From a virus, in IMG/VR virus record IMGVR_UViG_3300011005_000151: DNA of 64,000 nt, one strand, 5' to 3'. The notes below the pieces were generated by a model. It worked only from the letters and a program-made list of their open reading frames with translations, was not told the origin of the DNA and did no database searches. Shown here piece after piece: positions 56,075 through 64,000 of the stretch. The stretch's first letter is position 1; every line of letters begins with the position of its first letter. The position numbers and the translations under genes are program-made.

Positions 56075-56568
56075 GAATTAAAGGCGTCGTTGCGGAAGAT
56101 TTCTGCAACTACAAACTACCATCAATGTTCATCAGTACATCCTTCTGCGACTGGAAGTGCTGTACTGAACAAGGAGTGGATATAGGGGTGTGCCAAAACG
56201 CACCCCTTGCCACACAAGAGATAATGGATGCCCCGGTCGAGGTCTTATATAATCTGTATCACAACAACGACATTACCAAAGCAGTCGTACTCGGCGGATT
56301 AGAGCCGATTCTGCAAGCAGACGAGATGCTCGACCTAATACGGTATTTCAGACTTAAAGGTGATAATTGCCCGTTCGTGATTTACACGGGGTACTACCCC
56401 GACGAGATACAAAGTGATATCATGGATAAACTACGTGATTTAGGGAACGTAATCGTAAAGTTCGGTCGTTACATCCAAAACTCAAATCCAAGATATGATT
56501 CTGTACTCGGGATCACGCTCGCGTCTGAAAACCAGTTCGCAAGGGAGTTGGACAATGAGGATTTATAA
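56071..56568 (+). CDS. nrdG: anaerobic RNR activating protein (radical SAM)
   Basis: Cys cluster CDWKCC. Coupled to nrdD. Confidence 0.65.
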   Translation: MRIKGVVAEDFCNYKLPSMFISTSFCDWKCCTEQGVDIGVCQNAPLATQEIMDAPVEVLYNLYHNNDITKAVVLGGLEPILQADEMLDLIRYFRLKGDNCPFVIYTGYYPDEIQSDIMDKLRDLGNVIVKFGRYIQNSNPRYDSVLGITLASENQFARELDNEDL

Positions 56569-56737
56569 AAATCCCGACTCGGAGTACGTTAAGGAGATCC
56601 TCGCGGACCTCAAAGCAAACAACGGATATTGCCCGTGCAGACTCGAAAAAACGCCGGACACCAAGTGTATGTGCAAAGAGTTCCGTGATATGGATGAAGG
56701 AATGTGTCATTGTGGTCTTTACATAAAGGAGAAATGA
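56555..56737 (+). CDS. small Cys-rich protein
   Basis: GGAG RBS. CPC...CMC...CHC motifs. Confidence 0.4.
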   Translation: MRIYKNPDSEYVKEILADLKANNGYCPCRLEKTPDTKCMCKEFRDMDEGMCHCGLYIKEK

Positions 56738-56913
56738 GCACAGACTGGATCCGTTATGATATTACGTTCTGCTTCTGCGATGATTGCCCTGTTGCGGATT
56801 GCTTCCGACATAGGTCTGTCATCGCAGGCAGACCCGGCCACTATAGTATGGCAGACTTCTCGCCGCAGTGCGAGGATTATCAAAATGCAAAATCATTGGA
56901 GATAAACGAATGA
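56734..56913 (+). CDS. small Cys-rich protein
   Basis: AAAGGAG RBS. Confidence 0.35.
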   Translation: MSTDWIRYDITFCFCDDCPVADCFRHRSVIAGRPGHYSMADFSPQCEDYQNAKSLEINE

Positions 56914-57428
56914 ACAGAAGGATTGCAAAATTTGAAAAGGTCAGCTTCGAGCAGTGGATGGCTGATTTAGAAGCACACGGCCTGAATGTGTGCGCGGAGG
57001 AATCCGACTTCCGTAAGGCATATGACGAAATCGAACTCCCGACCAGGGCGACAAAGGGTTCTGGGGGATACGATTTCAAAGCGCCGTTTGGTTTTGTTCT
57101 CCCGGCAGGAGACACCATCGTGATCCCGACTGGGATTCGGTGCAAGATCGACGAGGAATGGGAGTTACTTTGTCTGCCGAAGAGCGGTCAGGGATTCAAG
57201 TACCGTGTGCAGCTCGACAATACCATCGGGCTCATCGACAGCGACTATTATTACTCTGAGAACGAGGGTCATATCATTGCCAAGATCACGAATGACGGGC
57301 ACGAAGGCAAGGTAATGTCTGTAGATCGCGGCAAAGGCTTCATCCAAGGTACATTTGTTATGTACGGTATCACAGAAGACGACGATGCCGACGGTATCAG
57401 AAACGGCGGATTTGGGAGTACAGGCTGA
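56910..57428 (+). CDS. dut: dUTPase
   Basis: TRATKGSGGYDF, GLIDSDY and RNGGFGSTG motifs. Confidence 0.8.
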   Translation: MNRRIAKFEKVSFEQWMADLEAHGLNVCAEESDFRKAYDEIELPTRATKGSGGYDFKAPFGFVLPAGDTIVIPTGIRCKIDEEWELLCLPKSGQGFKYRVQLDNTIGLIDSDYYYSENEGHIIAKITNDGHEGKVMSVDRGKGFIQGTFVMYGITEDDDADGIRNGGFGSTG

Positions 57429-57431
57429 TAG

Positions 57432-57617
57432 ATGAAGTTCGTCAAGATTGTGTATGCAATCGCGAGTCTACTCACACTGCTGCTCACTGTGCTCAGGATA
57501 TTCGGCGTTGTGCATTGGGTGTGGTATTGGGTTCTCTCCCCGCTATGGATAACTGTTGGAGCGTACGCAGTCATTCTGGCGATATACTTTACAATTTACA
57601 TATTCCTGGTTGACTGA
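57432..57617 (+). CDS. small membrane protein
   Basis: Two hydrophobic helices. Confidence 0.45.
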   Translation: MKFVKIVYAIASLLTLLLTVLRIFGVVHWVWYWVLSPLWITVGAYAVILAIYFTIYIFLVD

Positions 57618-57624
57618 GCAAAAA

Positions 57625-57657
57625 AATGACTGCCGGTCACATCTACCGGCAGTCATT
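57625..57657 (-). terminator. ATGACTGCCGGT...ACCGGCAGTCAT hairpin with an A7 run on the plus strand (T-run on the minus strand)
   Basis: 12-bp stem. Orientation suggests termination of minus-strand transcription or a bidirectional element. Confidence 0.4.
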
Positions 57658-58007
57658 CCCTGATTTGTTTTCTCTGAGCCATGGCGCAATGAACATGGTG
57701 GCACCTGTTCCGCTACTCACAAAACAGGATTCCTTTCGTTCGGTATTGCGGGGTGAGTAACTGGCGACGCTCGATTTCTCCACCATGAACATGGGCTGGA
57801 TGTGTCAGCCCTCTCTTACCCGTGGCAACCGCACTTCAGCAGCCAGGTTCTGCGACGCACTATTAAGTGCTTCGCCCATGCGGTGGTGTTGCCTCAGAGA
57901 CAGGCGTACTCAAAAGCTTTTTCATAGGATCAGCTTCCTTTCTGCCCATGTATGGGCAACACCAGTATAACATGGAGCGCAATGCATAGCTATATGCGGC
58001 GCAAAAA

Positions 58008-58070
58008 AATACCCTATCGGGTGTAAATCCATATCAATTCGATAGGACTATACCTGATAGGGTATAATTT
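58008..58070 (+). promoter_or_regulatory. operator-like CCTATC/GATAGG half-site repeats overlapping a TATAAT -10, upstream of xis
   Basis: ACCCTATCGGG, CGATAGG and TGATAGGGTATAAT read directly. Confidence 0.4.
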
Positions 58071-58099
58071 ACAGCAGAACACATGGAGGCGTATTACAT

Positions 58100-58294
58100 A
58101 TGGATATCCCGTTCTGGGAGAAGTATTCACTAACGATAGAAGAGGCATCCTCTTATTTCAGGATTGGTGAGAACAAGCTACGCCGCATTATGAGTGAGAC
58201 GCCAGATGCCCCATTCATACTCAGAAACGGCAATCGCATCCAAATTAAAAGGCGATTGTTTGAGGCGTACCTTGATGAATGTGAATTGATCTAG
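58100..58294 (+). CDS. xis: excisionase-family HTH protein
   Basis: [23 protein letters not shown]. Directly upstream of int. Confidence 0.6.
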   Translation: MDIPFWEKYSLTIEEASSYFRIGENKLRRIMSETPDAPFILRNGNRIQIKRRLFEAYLDECELI

Positions 58295-58373
58295 CTTGCA
58301 AAGGAAGTGAGATTATGGTACAATTTCCTGAATGTCAGGTCTCTTTTCGGTATCGAAGGGAGCCACTATCCAA

Positions 58374-59630
58374 ATGAAACGCAAAGACAAAAAAGGACGA
58401 TTACTTCGGGAGGGGGAATCTCAGCGGTCAGATGGCCAGTACATGTACAGATATGTAGACATGTATGGCGTGAGAAAAAGCGTGTATAGCTGGAGACTGG
58501 TAGAGACAGATGCATTACCGACAGGCAAGAGGCGCGGTCCAGCGCTCAGAACACTGGAACAGCAAATCGATCAGGACATCAATGATGCAATACGGACTTG
58601 TGACGCGGACACAACTACCGTAAATGATCTGTTCGATTCCTTCATGGCGATTCGGATTGACCTCAAACTAACGACCAGAAGCAATTACATGTGCCTCTAT
58701 AACAAGCACATACGTAATGGCATTGGTTGCGCACTCGCGAAGTCCATAAAGCATACGGATATACAGAGGCTATATTCGGCCCTTATCAAAAACGGGCTGA
58801 AAGCGAGCTCAGTGTATAGCGTTCACGCGATTCTGTATCAGTTGTTCGAGAATGCTGTTATGGATGGCATAATTCGTTCCAATCCGACGCGAAACGCGAT
58901 GAAGGTCGTTAAACGAACCAATAACGCGGACAGCGACAAGCGCCATGCGCTCACGGTTGAAGAACAGGAGCGCTTTGTGAACTATGTCTACTCAACGAAA
59001 CGGTATCGCAAACTCGCGCCATTGTTCACCGTGTTGCTCGGGACCGGGCTCAGAATCAGCGAAGCACTTGGCTTAACATGGAAAGATTGTGACTTTAACC
59101 AAAATCTTATTAGGATAGACCACTCGCTATTGTACAAACCAAACGAAGATGGTAAGTATGAATATCGAATATCTACGCCAAAGACGCTGGCCGGAGTCAG
59201 AACAGTGCCCATGTTACAAGAAGTCAAGGACGCGCTGGTGTCAATTCGAGACAGCCAAACTCCGCAGGCAAAGAAGTTCAAAGTCGATGGACATAGCGGT
59301 TTCATCTTTTTGAACTCGTGCAATAAGGTGTACACGCCGAGCTTCGTCTGCGACACGATTAATAGTGTGTCTACTAATTATAATAAGGAAGAGATTGAAC
59401 GAGCGAGGAAGGAAGACAGAGAGCCAGTTCTCTTGCCAAAATTCAGTCCGCACATCCTGAGACACACATTCTGTACACGCATGAGCGAAAATAAGTCTGA
59501 CATTAAGGTTCTCCAAGACGTAATGGGGCATAGGCACATCAAAACGACAATGGACGTGTATAACGAGGCCACTACCACGCAGAAGTACATCAACTTCAAG
59601 GACGTGGAAGGGAAGATGAAACTGGCCTAA
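58374..59630 (+). CDS. int: phage tyrosine integrase
   Basis: C-terminal HILRHTFCT...MGHRHIKTTMDVY catalytic motifs. Confidence 0.8.
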   Translation: MKRKDKKGRLLREGESQRSDGQYMYRYVDMYGVRKSVYSWRLVETDALPTGKRRGPALRTLEQQIDQDINDAIRTCDADTTTVNDLFDSFMAIRIDLKLTTRSNYMCLYNKHIRNGIGCALAKSIKHTDIQRLYSALIKNGLKASSVYSVHAILYQLFENAVMDGIIRSNPTRNAMKVVKRTNNADSDKRHALTVEEQERFVNYVYSTKRYRKLAPLFTVLLGTGLRISEALGLTWKDCDFNQNLIRIDHSLLYKPNEDGKYEYRISTPKTLAGVRTVPMLQEVKDALVSIRDSQTPQAKKFKVDGHSGFIFLNSCNKVYTPSFVCDTINSVSTNYNKEEIERARKEDREPVLLPKFSPHILRHTFCTRMSENKSDIKVLQDVMGHRHIKTTMDVYNEATTTQKYINFKDVEGKMKLA

Positions 59631-59634
59631 ATCT

Positions 59635-59900
59635 TGTAACTTTTTGTAACTTGTCTACACCAATTTCTACACAAATTGATGGTGTAAATTTAAGAAGTTT
59701 TGAAAAGATTTGCGAATTTGCCAGAATTTGCCAGCCCGCAAACCGTTGAAAATACAGGGGTTTTAAGAAGATTTAAGAAGATAGGGGGACATCGATGTAC
59801 CTCAAGGCTCTGAAATTACATTGAACTTCAAAAAAGTCAGTAATACCAAGGCTTTGAGCGATTTCAAAATCCCCAAAATAGCGATTTTACACCAAATTTA
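59635..59900. promoter_or_regulatory. attP-like region with several short direct repeats (candidate arm-type sites)
   Basis: TTGTAAC x2, AATTTGCCAG x2, TTAAGAAGAT x2, TTTACACCAA x2, ACACCAAT/ATTGGTGT. Confidence 0.45.
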
Positions 59901-60111
59901 CACCAATTGCCGATCAGGAACCTGACATTTTTTGATAAGAATCAACGAGCTTGATTGAGCATACCACAAGAAAGTATGTTGAATCGAACGACATTGTGTA
60001 TCGCCCCGTATGACGCCATAGACGGCATTGTGCGGGGATTTCTTTATTTCTATGATTCTATACCAGGTGGCGACTGAAACCGCTCACAAAGCCATCAGGG
60101 GCGTCTGGACG

Positions 60112-60140
60112 CAAAAAAAAGCCGCCCGAAGGCGGCTCAA
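60112..60140 (-). terminator. GCCGCC-ttcg-GGCGGC hairpin with an A8 run on the plus strand (T8 on the minus strand)
   Basis: Terminates the minus-strand toxin-antitoxin/lysis transcript. Confidence 0.6.
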
Positions 60141-60352
60141 CTAATCATGTTGTATCGATAGGGACTATTCTATCCCCATGAGAGACTTGATATCTCGTAC
60201 AGACCATCTTTCATTTGGGAATATGTTCAACTGCTTCTTATGCTTCCGTATGATTCTTACTGGTTCTACATCACTGTTATCATATATATGACAAATGTCA
60301 CATACTCGTAGAAATCGGGGTATCATAGCGCGAGACTTCCAATACCTAGATA

Positions 60353-60739
60353 CTATTTTGTCAACAGGGACATCATGGCCCCATTTGCGACGCGCATCAT
60401 AACTCTGGCGACATTAATACTTGGATCACATGTGAAAATGTAATAGCCTTTAATAAAGAACCCTTTTGACTTCGCTCGTTCAAGTAACAGTGGGTATCTA
60501 TCTGTAGAAAGAACTGTTTCAAAAGAAAAAGATTCCTTATTATCAATGGCGTCATTCCGCATTTTTTCTGCAATAATTGCGGCTTCTTCATTGGATACGC
60601 CTTGCTCTTTTACAATCTCATCGGCATTTATATATGGTTGGATTTTCCACCTGTCACCTGTTATCGTACTCTTGCCAGAGCCGTTCGGCCCTGCGAACAC
60701 ACGTATCTCAGGGGATTTCGATATACTTACGATTGCCAT
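60353..60739 (-). CDS. P-loop kinase-fold protein (zeta-toxin/AAA_33-like), candidate toxin
   Basis: GPNGSGKST Walker A. Preceded by a small overlapping gene. Confidence 0.5.
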   Translation of the reverse strand: MAIVSISKSPEIRVFAGPNGSGKSTITGDRWKIQPYINADEIVKEQGVSNEEAAIIAEKMRNDAIDNKESFSFETVLSTDRYPLLLERAKSKGFFIKGYYIFTCDPSINVARVMMRVANGAMMSLLTK

Positions 60740-60941
60740 TGGGATATTCTAAATACGCTTTTTTGCCGACTGTATCATAACGTGCAACGGGCAATCCTTT
60801 ATCTTGGTGCGCTTTGATCGCCTTTGAGACAGAATGCGAAAAACTTCTGCTTACCGCATCATGTTTTGGTTTGCTAATTTTGACACGATAGCCGCCGGAA
60901 CTAAAGCTCCCCTTTACCTTATATGCGCGAACAACGGACAT
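60708..60941 (-). CDS. small protein, candidate antitoxin (AbrB/MazE-like composition)
   Basis: GGAGG RBS with 7-nt spacer before ATG. Overlaps the toxin start by 32 nt. Confidence 0.4.
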   Translation of the reverse strand: MSVVRAYKVKGSFSSGGYRVKISKPKHDAVSRSFSHSVSKAIKAHQDKGLPVARYDTVGKKAYLEYPNGNRKYIEIP

Positions 60942-61046
60942 CACACGCCTCCAGATAACTGAAATTACATTGTACATGTATAGTATATCATACCTCCGTA
61001 CTTAAGTTCAAGCTATAATTATTGTATGCAAAAAGCTTACCACGAC

Positions 61047-61472
61047 TCACAGAAAATCATTCTTCTCAATTCGCTCTGCATAGTTATCCTTAATCTTCTT
61101 TGTAGTAATCACAGTCTTATTATTTTTGAACTCTGGGTGATCGTGGCAATACTTTTCATATGTATCGATGTCCGCAAGAACCTGGTCGAAACTCTCTTTT
61201 GAGTGTTTGTCACCATGTGTAATTTCGTCCCCGAACCTGAGAATCCTGACACGGCAGGTAATGGCATTCTGTTCCTTAACTGCGTCCTCGATCTCAACCA
61301 CTTTTGTATCAAGGCTGTCAACTTTATCGACCAGCTCCTTATTCATGCGTCTTCCGATCCAAGCAAGTGGGGAGACTTTGATTGGGGATATCTCGATACC
61401 CGCCAATAAAAGAGTTAACAGCCAAAGGCCACTCCCTATAATCTGTCCGACCGTCATTTCCATAATACTCAT
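61047..61472 (-). CDS. membrane-anchored coiled-coil protein
   Basis: N-terminal transmembrane segment. Confidence 0.45.
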   Translation of the reverse strand: MSIMEMTVGQIIGSGLWLLTLLLAGIEISPIKVSPLAWIGRRMNKELVDKVDSLDTKVVEIEDAVKEQNAITCRVRILRFGDEITHGDKHSKESFDQVLADIDTYEKYCHDHPEFKNNKTVITTKKIKDNYAERIEKNDFL

Positions 61473-61488
61473 CCAAACCCCTCCATCT

Positions 61489-61974
61489 TTATACAGGTTG
61501 CCAATATGTAAGTGTAATATCCATTACGTCATCGGCAGACATCTGTCTGCAAGTATAGATGCATAATCCACCTGTGTTTTCATAATAAACACACTTCCAG
61601 TTTGCATCATATACTCTTCGGCCCTTTCCTTCGCCCATATCTTTCAGATGCCCAATTTGGTTGGATACACAGATGTAATGCTCTGCTTGTGCCGGGAAAA
61701 CGATAAACGCTTTAGTGATACCGGGCTGCGCATTTTGAAGATTGGCAAAATTCGCCTGACTAGCATGGTCTGATATCGCATCCTGATTAATCCAATGCAT
61801 ATAGGCCGCTGAGTTTACTTTATCTACAATACTCTGACTTGTACCGCCACCACCATCATATAAAGGGACAGAAATGTTTAGATCCGGGATTTCCAGCCTA
61901 CCGTGATTGCCGAAATTCTGTTCGTCAAAGCAATTTATATCCATTGCCGATACCTCATTCAGCCACAGCATCAC
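61489..61974 (-). CDS. hypothetical protein directly downstream of the holin; possible lysin
   Basis: 4-nt overlap with the holin stop. No domain recognised. Confidence 0.35.
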   Translation of the reverse strand: MMLWLNEVSAMDINCFDEQNFGNHGRLEIPDLNISVPLYDGGGGTSQSIVDKVNSAAYMHWINQDAISDHASQANFANLQNAQPGITKAFIVFPAQAEHYICVSNQIGHLKDMGEGKGRRVYDANWKCVYYENTGGLCIYTCRQMSADDVMDITLTYWQPV

Positions 61975-62273
61975 GCGGCGAACTGCTTCATCTCATAAAC
62001 AGCCGATTCGATCAGCTTATCAATTGTATCCTCATCGACCGTATATCCCTTGGATTCCAGGAAGTCCAGCACGTACTTCTTCTTAGTCTGCCCCATACCG
62101 GTGCCGGTGTAAATCTGCTCGGCGGCGGTAACGGCCACCTGCACCATCGTCTGAATCTTTGCAAACATGGTAGCATCGGTCTTTGACTTGATAAACGGCA
62201 CCAGTACATAAGTGATAACAGCGCCGATAAGACCGATCAGCGCCACAATGATCTGAGTAATATCAATCTGCAT
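61971..62273 (-). CDS. phage holin (phi-LC3/LL-H family-like)
   Basis: N-terminal transmembrane segment, then AEQIYTGTGMGQTKKKYVLDFLESKGY...IESAV. Confidence 0.6.
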   Translation of the reverse strand: MQIDITQIIVALIGLIGAVITYVLVPFIKSKTDATMFAKIQTMVQVAVTAAEQIYTGTGMGQTKKKYVLDFLESKGYTVDEDTIDKLIESAVYEMKQFAA

Positions 62274-62288
62274 TATATTGTCCCCCTA

Positions 62289-62504
62289 TTATATATCTTC
62301 AATGATTTCCTCATTGGATTCTTTTTCATTTTCCCAGTCGGGAATTTTGATATCCGTTTCCGTATAAACTCTGTCCATTCCATCGGGATCAATGGCCTCT
62401 TCGTAAATCTCGTCGTCGCGCTCGATGTAATATCCTTCGTCAGAATATGTACGATACAGATCGACGCCGTCGTATCTGGTCATAAAAAATTCTCGCAAAA
62501 TCAT
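62289..62504 (-). CDS. small acidic protein
   Basis: ORF. Confidence 0.4.
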   Translation of the reverse strand: MILREFFMTRYDGVDLYRTYSDEGYYIERDDEIYEEAIDPDGMDRVYTETDIKIPDWENEKESNEEIIEDI

Positions 62505-62527
62505 AGTTTTATATCCTCCGTTTGATC

Positions 62528-63676
62528 TTAATTATTATTCATAGCCATAGAAACTGGCGGGAAAAGTTGATTATACAGTGCTCGCATATTACATACGGTA
62601 TGATATGCGTTGAAATTTTTCGCGTAAGACTTCCAGCTTTGCCATGAATGATATACGTCTTCATATGTCATTAGGCCGTCATCTACTTTTTTCCTGAAGG
62701 ATTTGAGCTTGCGGCGCATCTTTGTCACAGACCGCTTATAGATTCTTTTTACAACCTTACCGGAAGATGTAAGGCTGAATCTGACTTTCAAATAAGTGAA
62801 GACGTTCGACAGTTTCAAAATATGAGTCTTCTTTTTGTTTAACGTAATTCTGAGTTTGTCGCATAGCTCTGCGATTCTCTCAAGGCAGTAGTTTAAATAT
62901 TTCTTGTCATAGTGTATCAGGTAGCCATCATCCATATAGCGGCCATAATACTTGATTCTTAGTTTTTCTTTGATGTAGTGATCCAACTCGTTCGCGGAAG
63001 CGAGCGATAATACCTGACTAATCTGGCTCCCCAGACCAAGTCCAATATCTCCGAAAGCTTCGACAAAGTGTATGATAATCCATCGTATCTCTTCGTTGTC
63101 GTATGTCTTGTCGATAATTTTCTTTAACACATCATGTGAAACGCGCTCAAAAAATTTGCTGAAATCAAACAGGAGAATGTATCCATCGTTACCATATTTC
63201 CTGTAATACTTACGCAAGTGAGTTGCCATTCTTCTGATAGCAAATGAATAGCCTTTGCCTTGTATTGACGCACCATTATCGTATATAAATGATCTGGTGA
63301 TAGCTGGGACGAGAGAGTAGTCACACAAACATCTTTGCACGACGCGTTCTCTGACTGTGACGCTTTGTATATATCTCTTTTTCCCGCGCTCTGTAATATA
63401 GAAACTGAAAAACTTATCGTGTGTGAATGTTCGGCTTGATAAACGCGTATAGTTTTGATATACTTCCATTGGCGCTCTGGATTTATATTTTTGAATACTC
63501 GCTTTCCATCCTACATTCCGAACGCATTTCTTATATGCATCATATAAATGTGTATACGTAAATACTTCATCATAATTATCGCATGACTGCATAAATTGTT
63601 TTTTCTTATTTTCCCGAAAGGCTTTCCGCCGTTGATATCTGATTTCATGTCTCTCAGAGCTTGTGATTTTAATCAC
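62528..63676 (-). CDS. DGR-type reverse transcriptase
   Basis: LGSQISQ ([LI]GxxxSQ) instead of QGxxxSP, RYMDDGYL, LLFDFSKFF. An adjacent AAC-rich repeat is present. Confidence 0.75.
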   Translation of the reverse strand: MIKITSSERHEIRYQRRKAFRENKKKQFMQSCDNYDEVFTYTHLYDAYKKCVRNVGWKASIQKYKSRAPMEVYQNYTRLSSRTFTHDKFFSFYITERGKKRYIQSVTVRERVVQRCLCDYSLVPAITRSFIYDNGASIQGKGYSFAIRRMATHLRKYYRKYGNDGYILLFDFSKFFERVSHDVLKKIIDKTYDNEEIRWIIIHFVEAFGDIGLGLGSQISQVLSLASANELDHYIKEKLRIKYYGRYMDDGYLIHYDKKYLNYCLERIAELCDKLRITLNKKKTHILKLSNVFTYLKVRFSLTSSGKVVKRIYKRSVTKMRRKLKSFRKKVDDGLMTYEDVYHSWQSWKSYAKNFNAYHTVCNMRALYNQLFPPVSMAMNNN

Positions 63677-63899
63677 CGTCCTTACAACTGCGCACGTCTT
63701 GTTTGATGGTTATAGTAGACGCATAAAACCAATGGGCATGCAATAGCGGATTCACCATCAACTGCTACCATGCAAGAAGCGTCCGCCCAGGTTTGTCACA
63801 GCTTATATTTTCGTACCTATATATTTATTTGACACGATGGTCATGCTCTCCTTCTCCACATGCATTGATTTCGTCCATTAGGATTACTTTGTCTAACTT

Positions 63900-64000
63900 G
63901 TGGGAATCCGAAAACCGCGCCATTCGAGTTGGAGGCGTTGTTGTTATTGACGTTGCCGTTGTTGTTCACATTGTAGAAGTTCGAGCCGTTATTAGCAGAA
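63900..64000 (-). repeat. AAC (Asn-codon)-rich repeat upstream of the DGR RT; candidate DGR template or variable repeat, cut by the window edge
   Basis: The minus strand reads AACAACAACGGCAACGTCAATAACAACAAC...GGCGCGGTTTTCGGATTC. Confidence 0.45.

Noticed and set aside
59635-59900. Exact attP core identification
   Set aside because: Arm-type direct repeats are visible, but the core requires a comparison with bacterial attB or prophage ends that is not available here.

Overview
This 64 kb window reads as part of a large temperate phage or prophage genome with a Firmicutes-like signature (AGGAGG ribosome-binding sites, translationally coupled small genes). GC content drops from about 55% on the left to about 45% on the right. 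Recognisable modules, left to right, are as follows. A region around an S24/LexA-like repressor. Four phage-encoded tRNAs (Met, Leu, Pro, Thr), each preceded by a stem-loop with a conserved TTTAT loop. An accessory island at 12.0-19.9 kb holding a three-gene operon (unknown 496-aa protein, JAB/MPN protease, minimal E1/ThiF-like enzyme), a stand-alone reverse transcriptase with a long structured leader, a highly acidic protein, and a small tyrosine recombinase next to tRNA-Pro. An SPFH protein and an array of small zinc-ribbon genes. A Pnkp-like kinase-phosphatase-ligase for RNA repair. A cysteine desulfurase and a solo MazF toxin with its own promoter. A replication module (ERF, SSB, Cas4-like nuclease, DnaB, primase, a GGT-rich repeat array, Pol III alpha). 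Dcm and Dam methyltransferases interrupted at C9 and G9 homopolymers. A nucleotide-metabolism module (dNMP kinase, nucleotidase, NrdDG, dUTPase). xis-int with attP-like arm repeats. On the minus strand, a toxin-antitoxin pair, a holin, and a DGR-type reverse transcriptase with an AAC-rich repeat at the window edge. Other repeat families are noted: a GGGTTTTC-rich 3 kb tract, CCTGCTGTCAGCGAG elements flanking accessory cassettes, and a triplicated N-terminal gene fragment.
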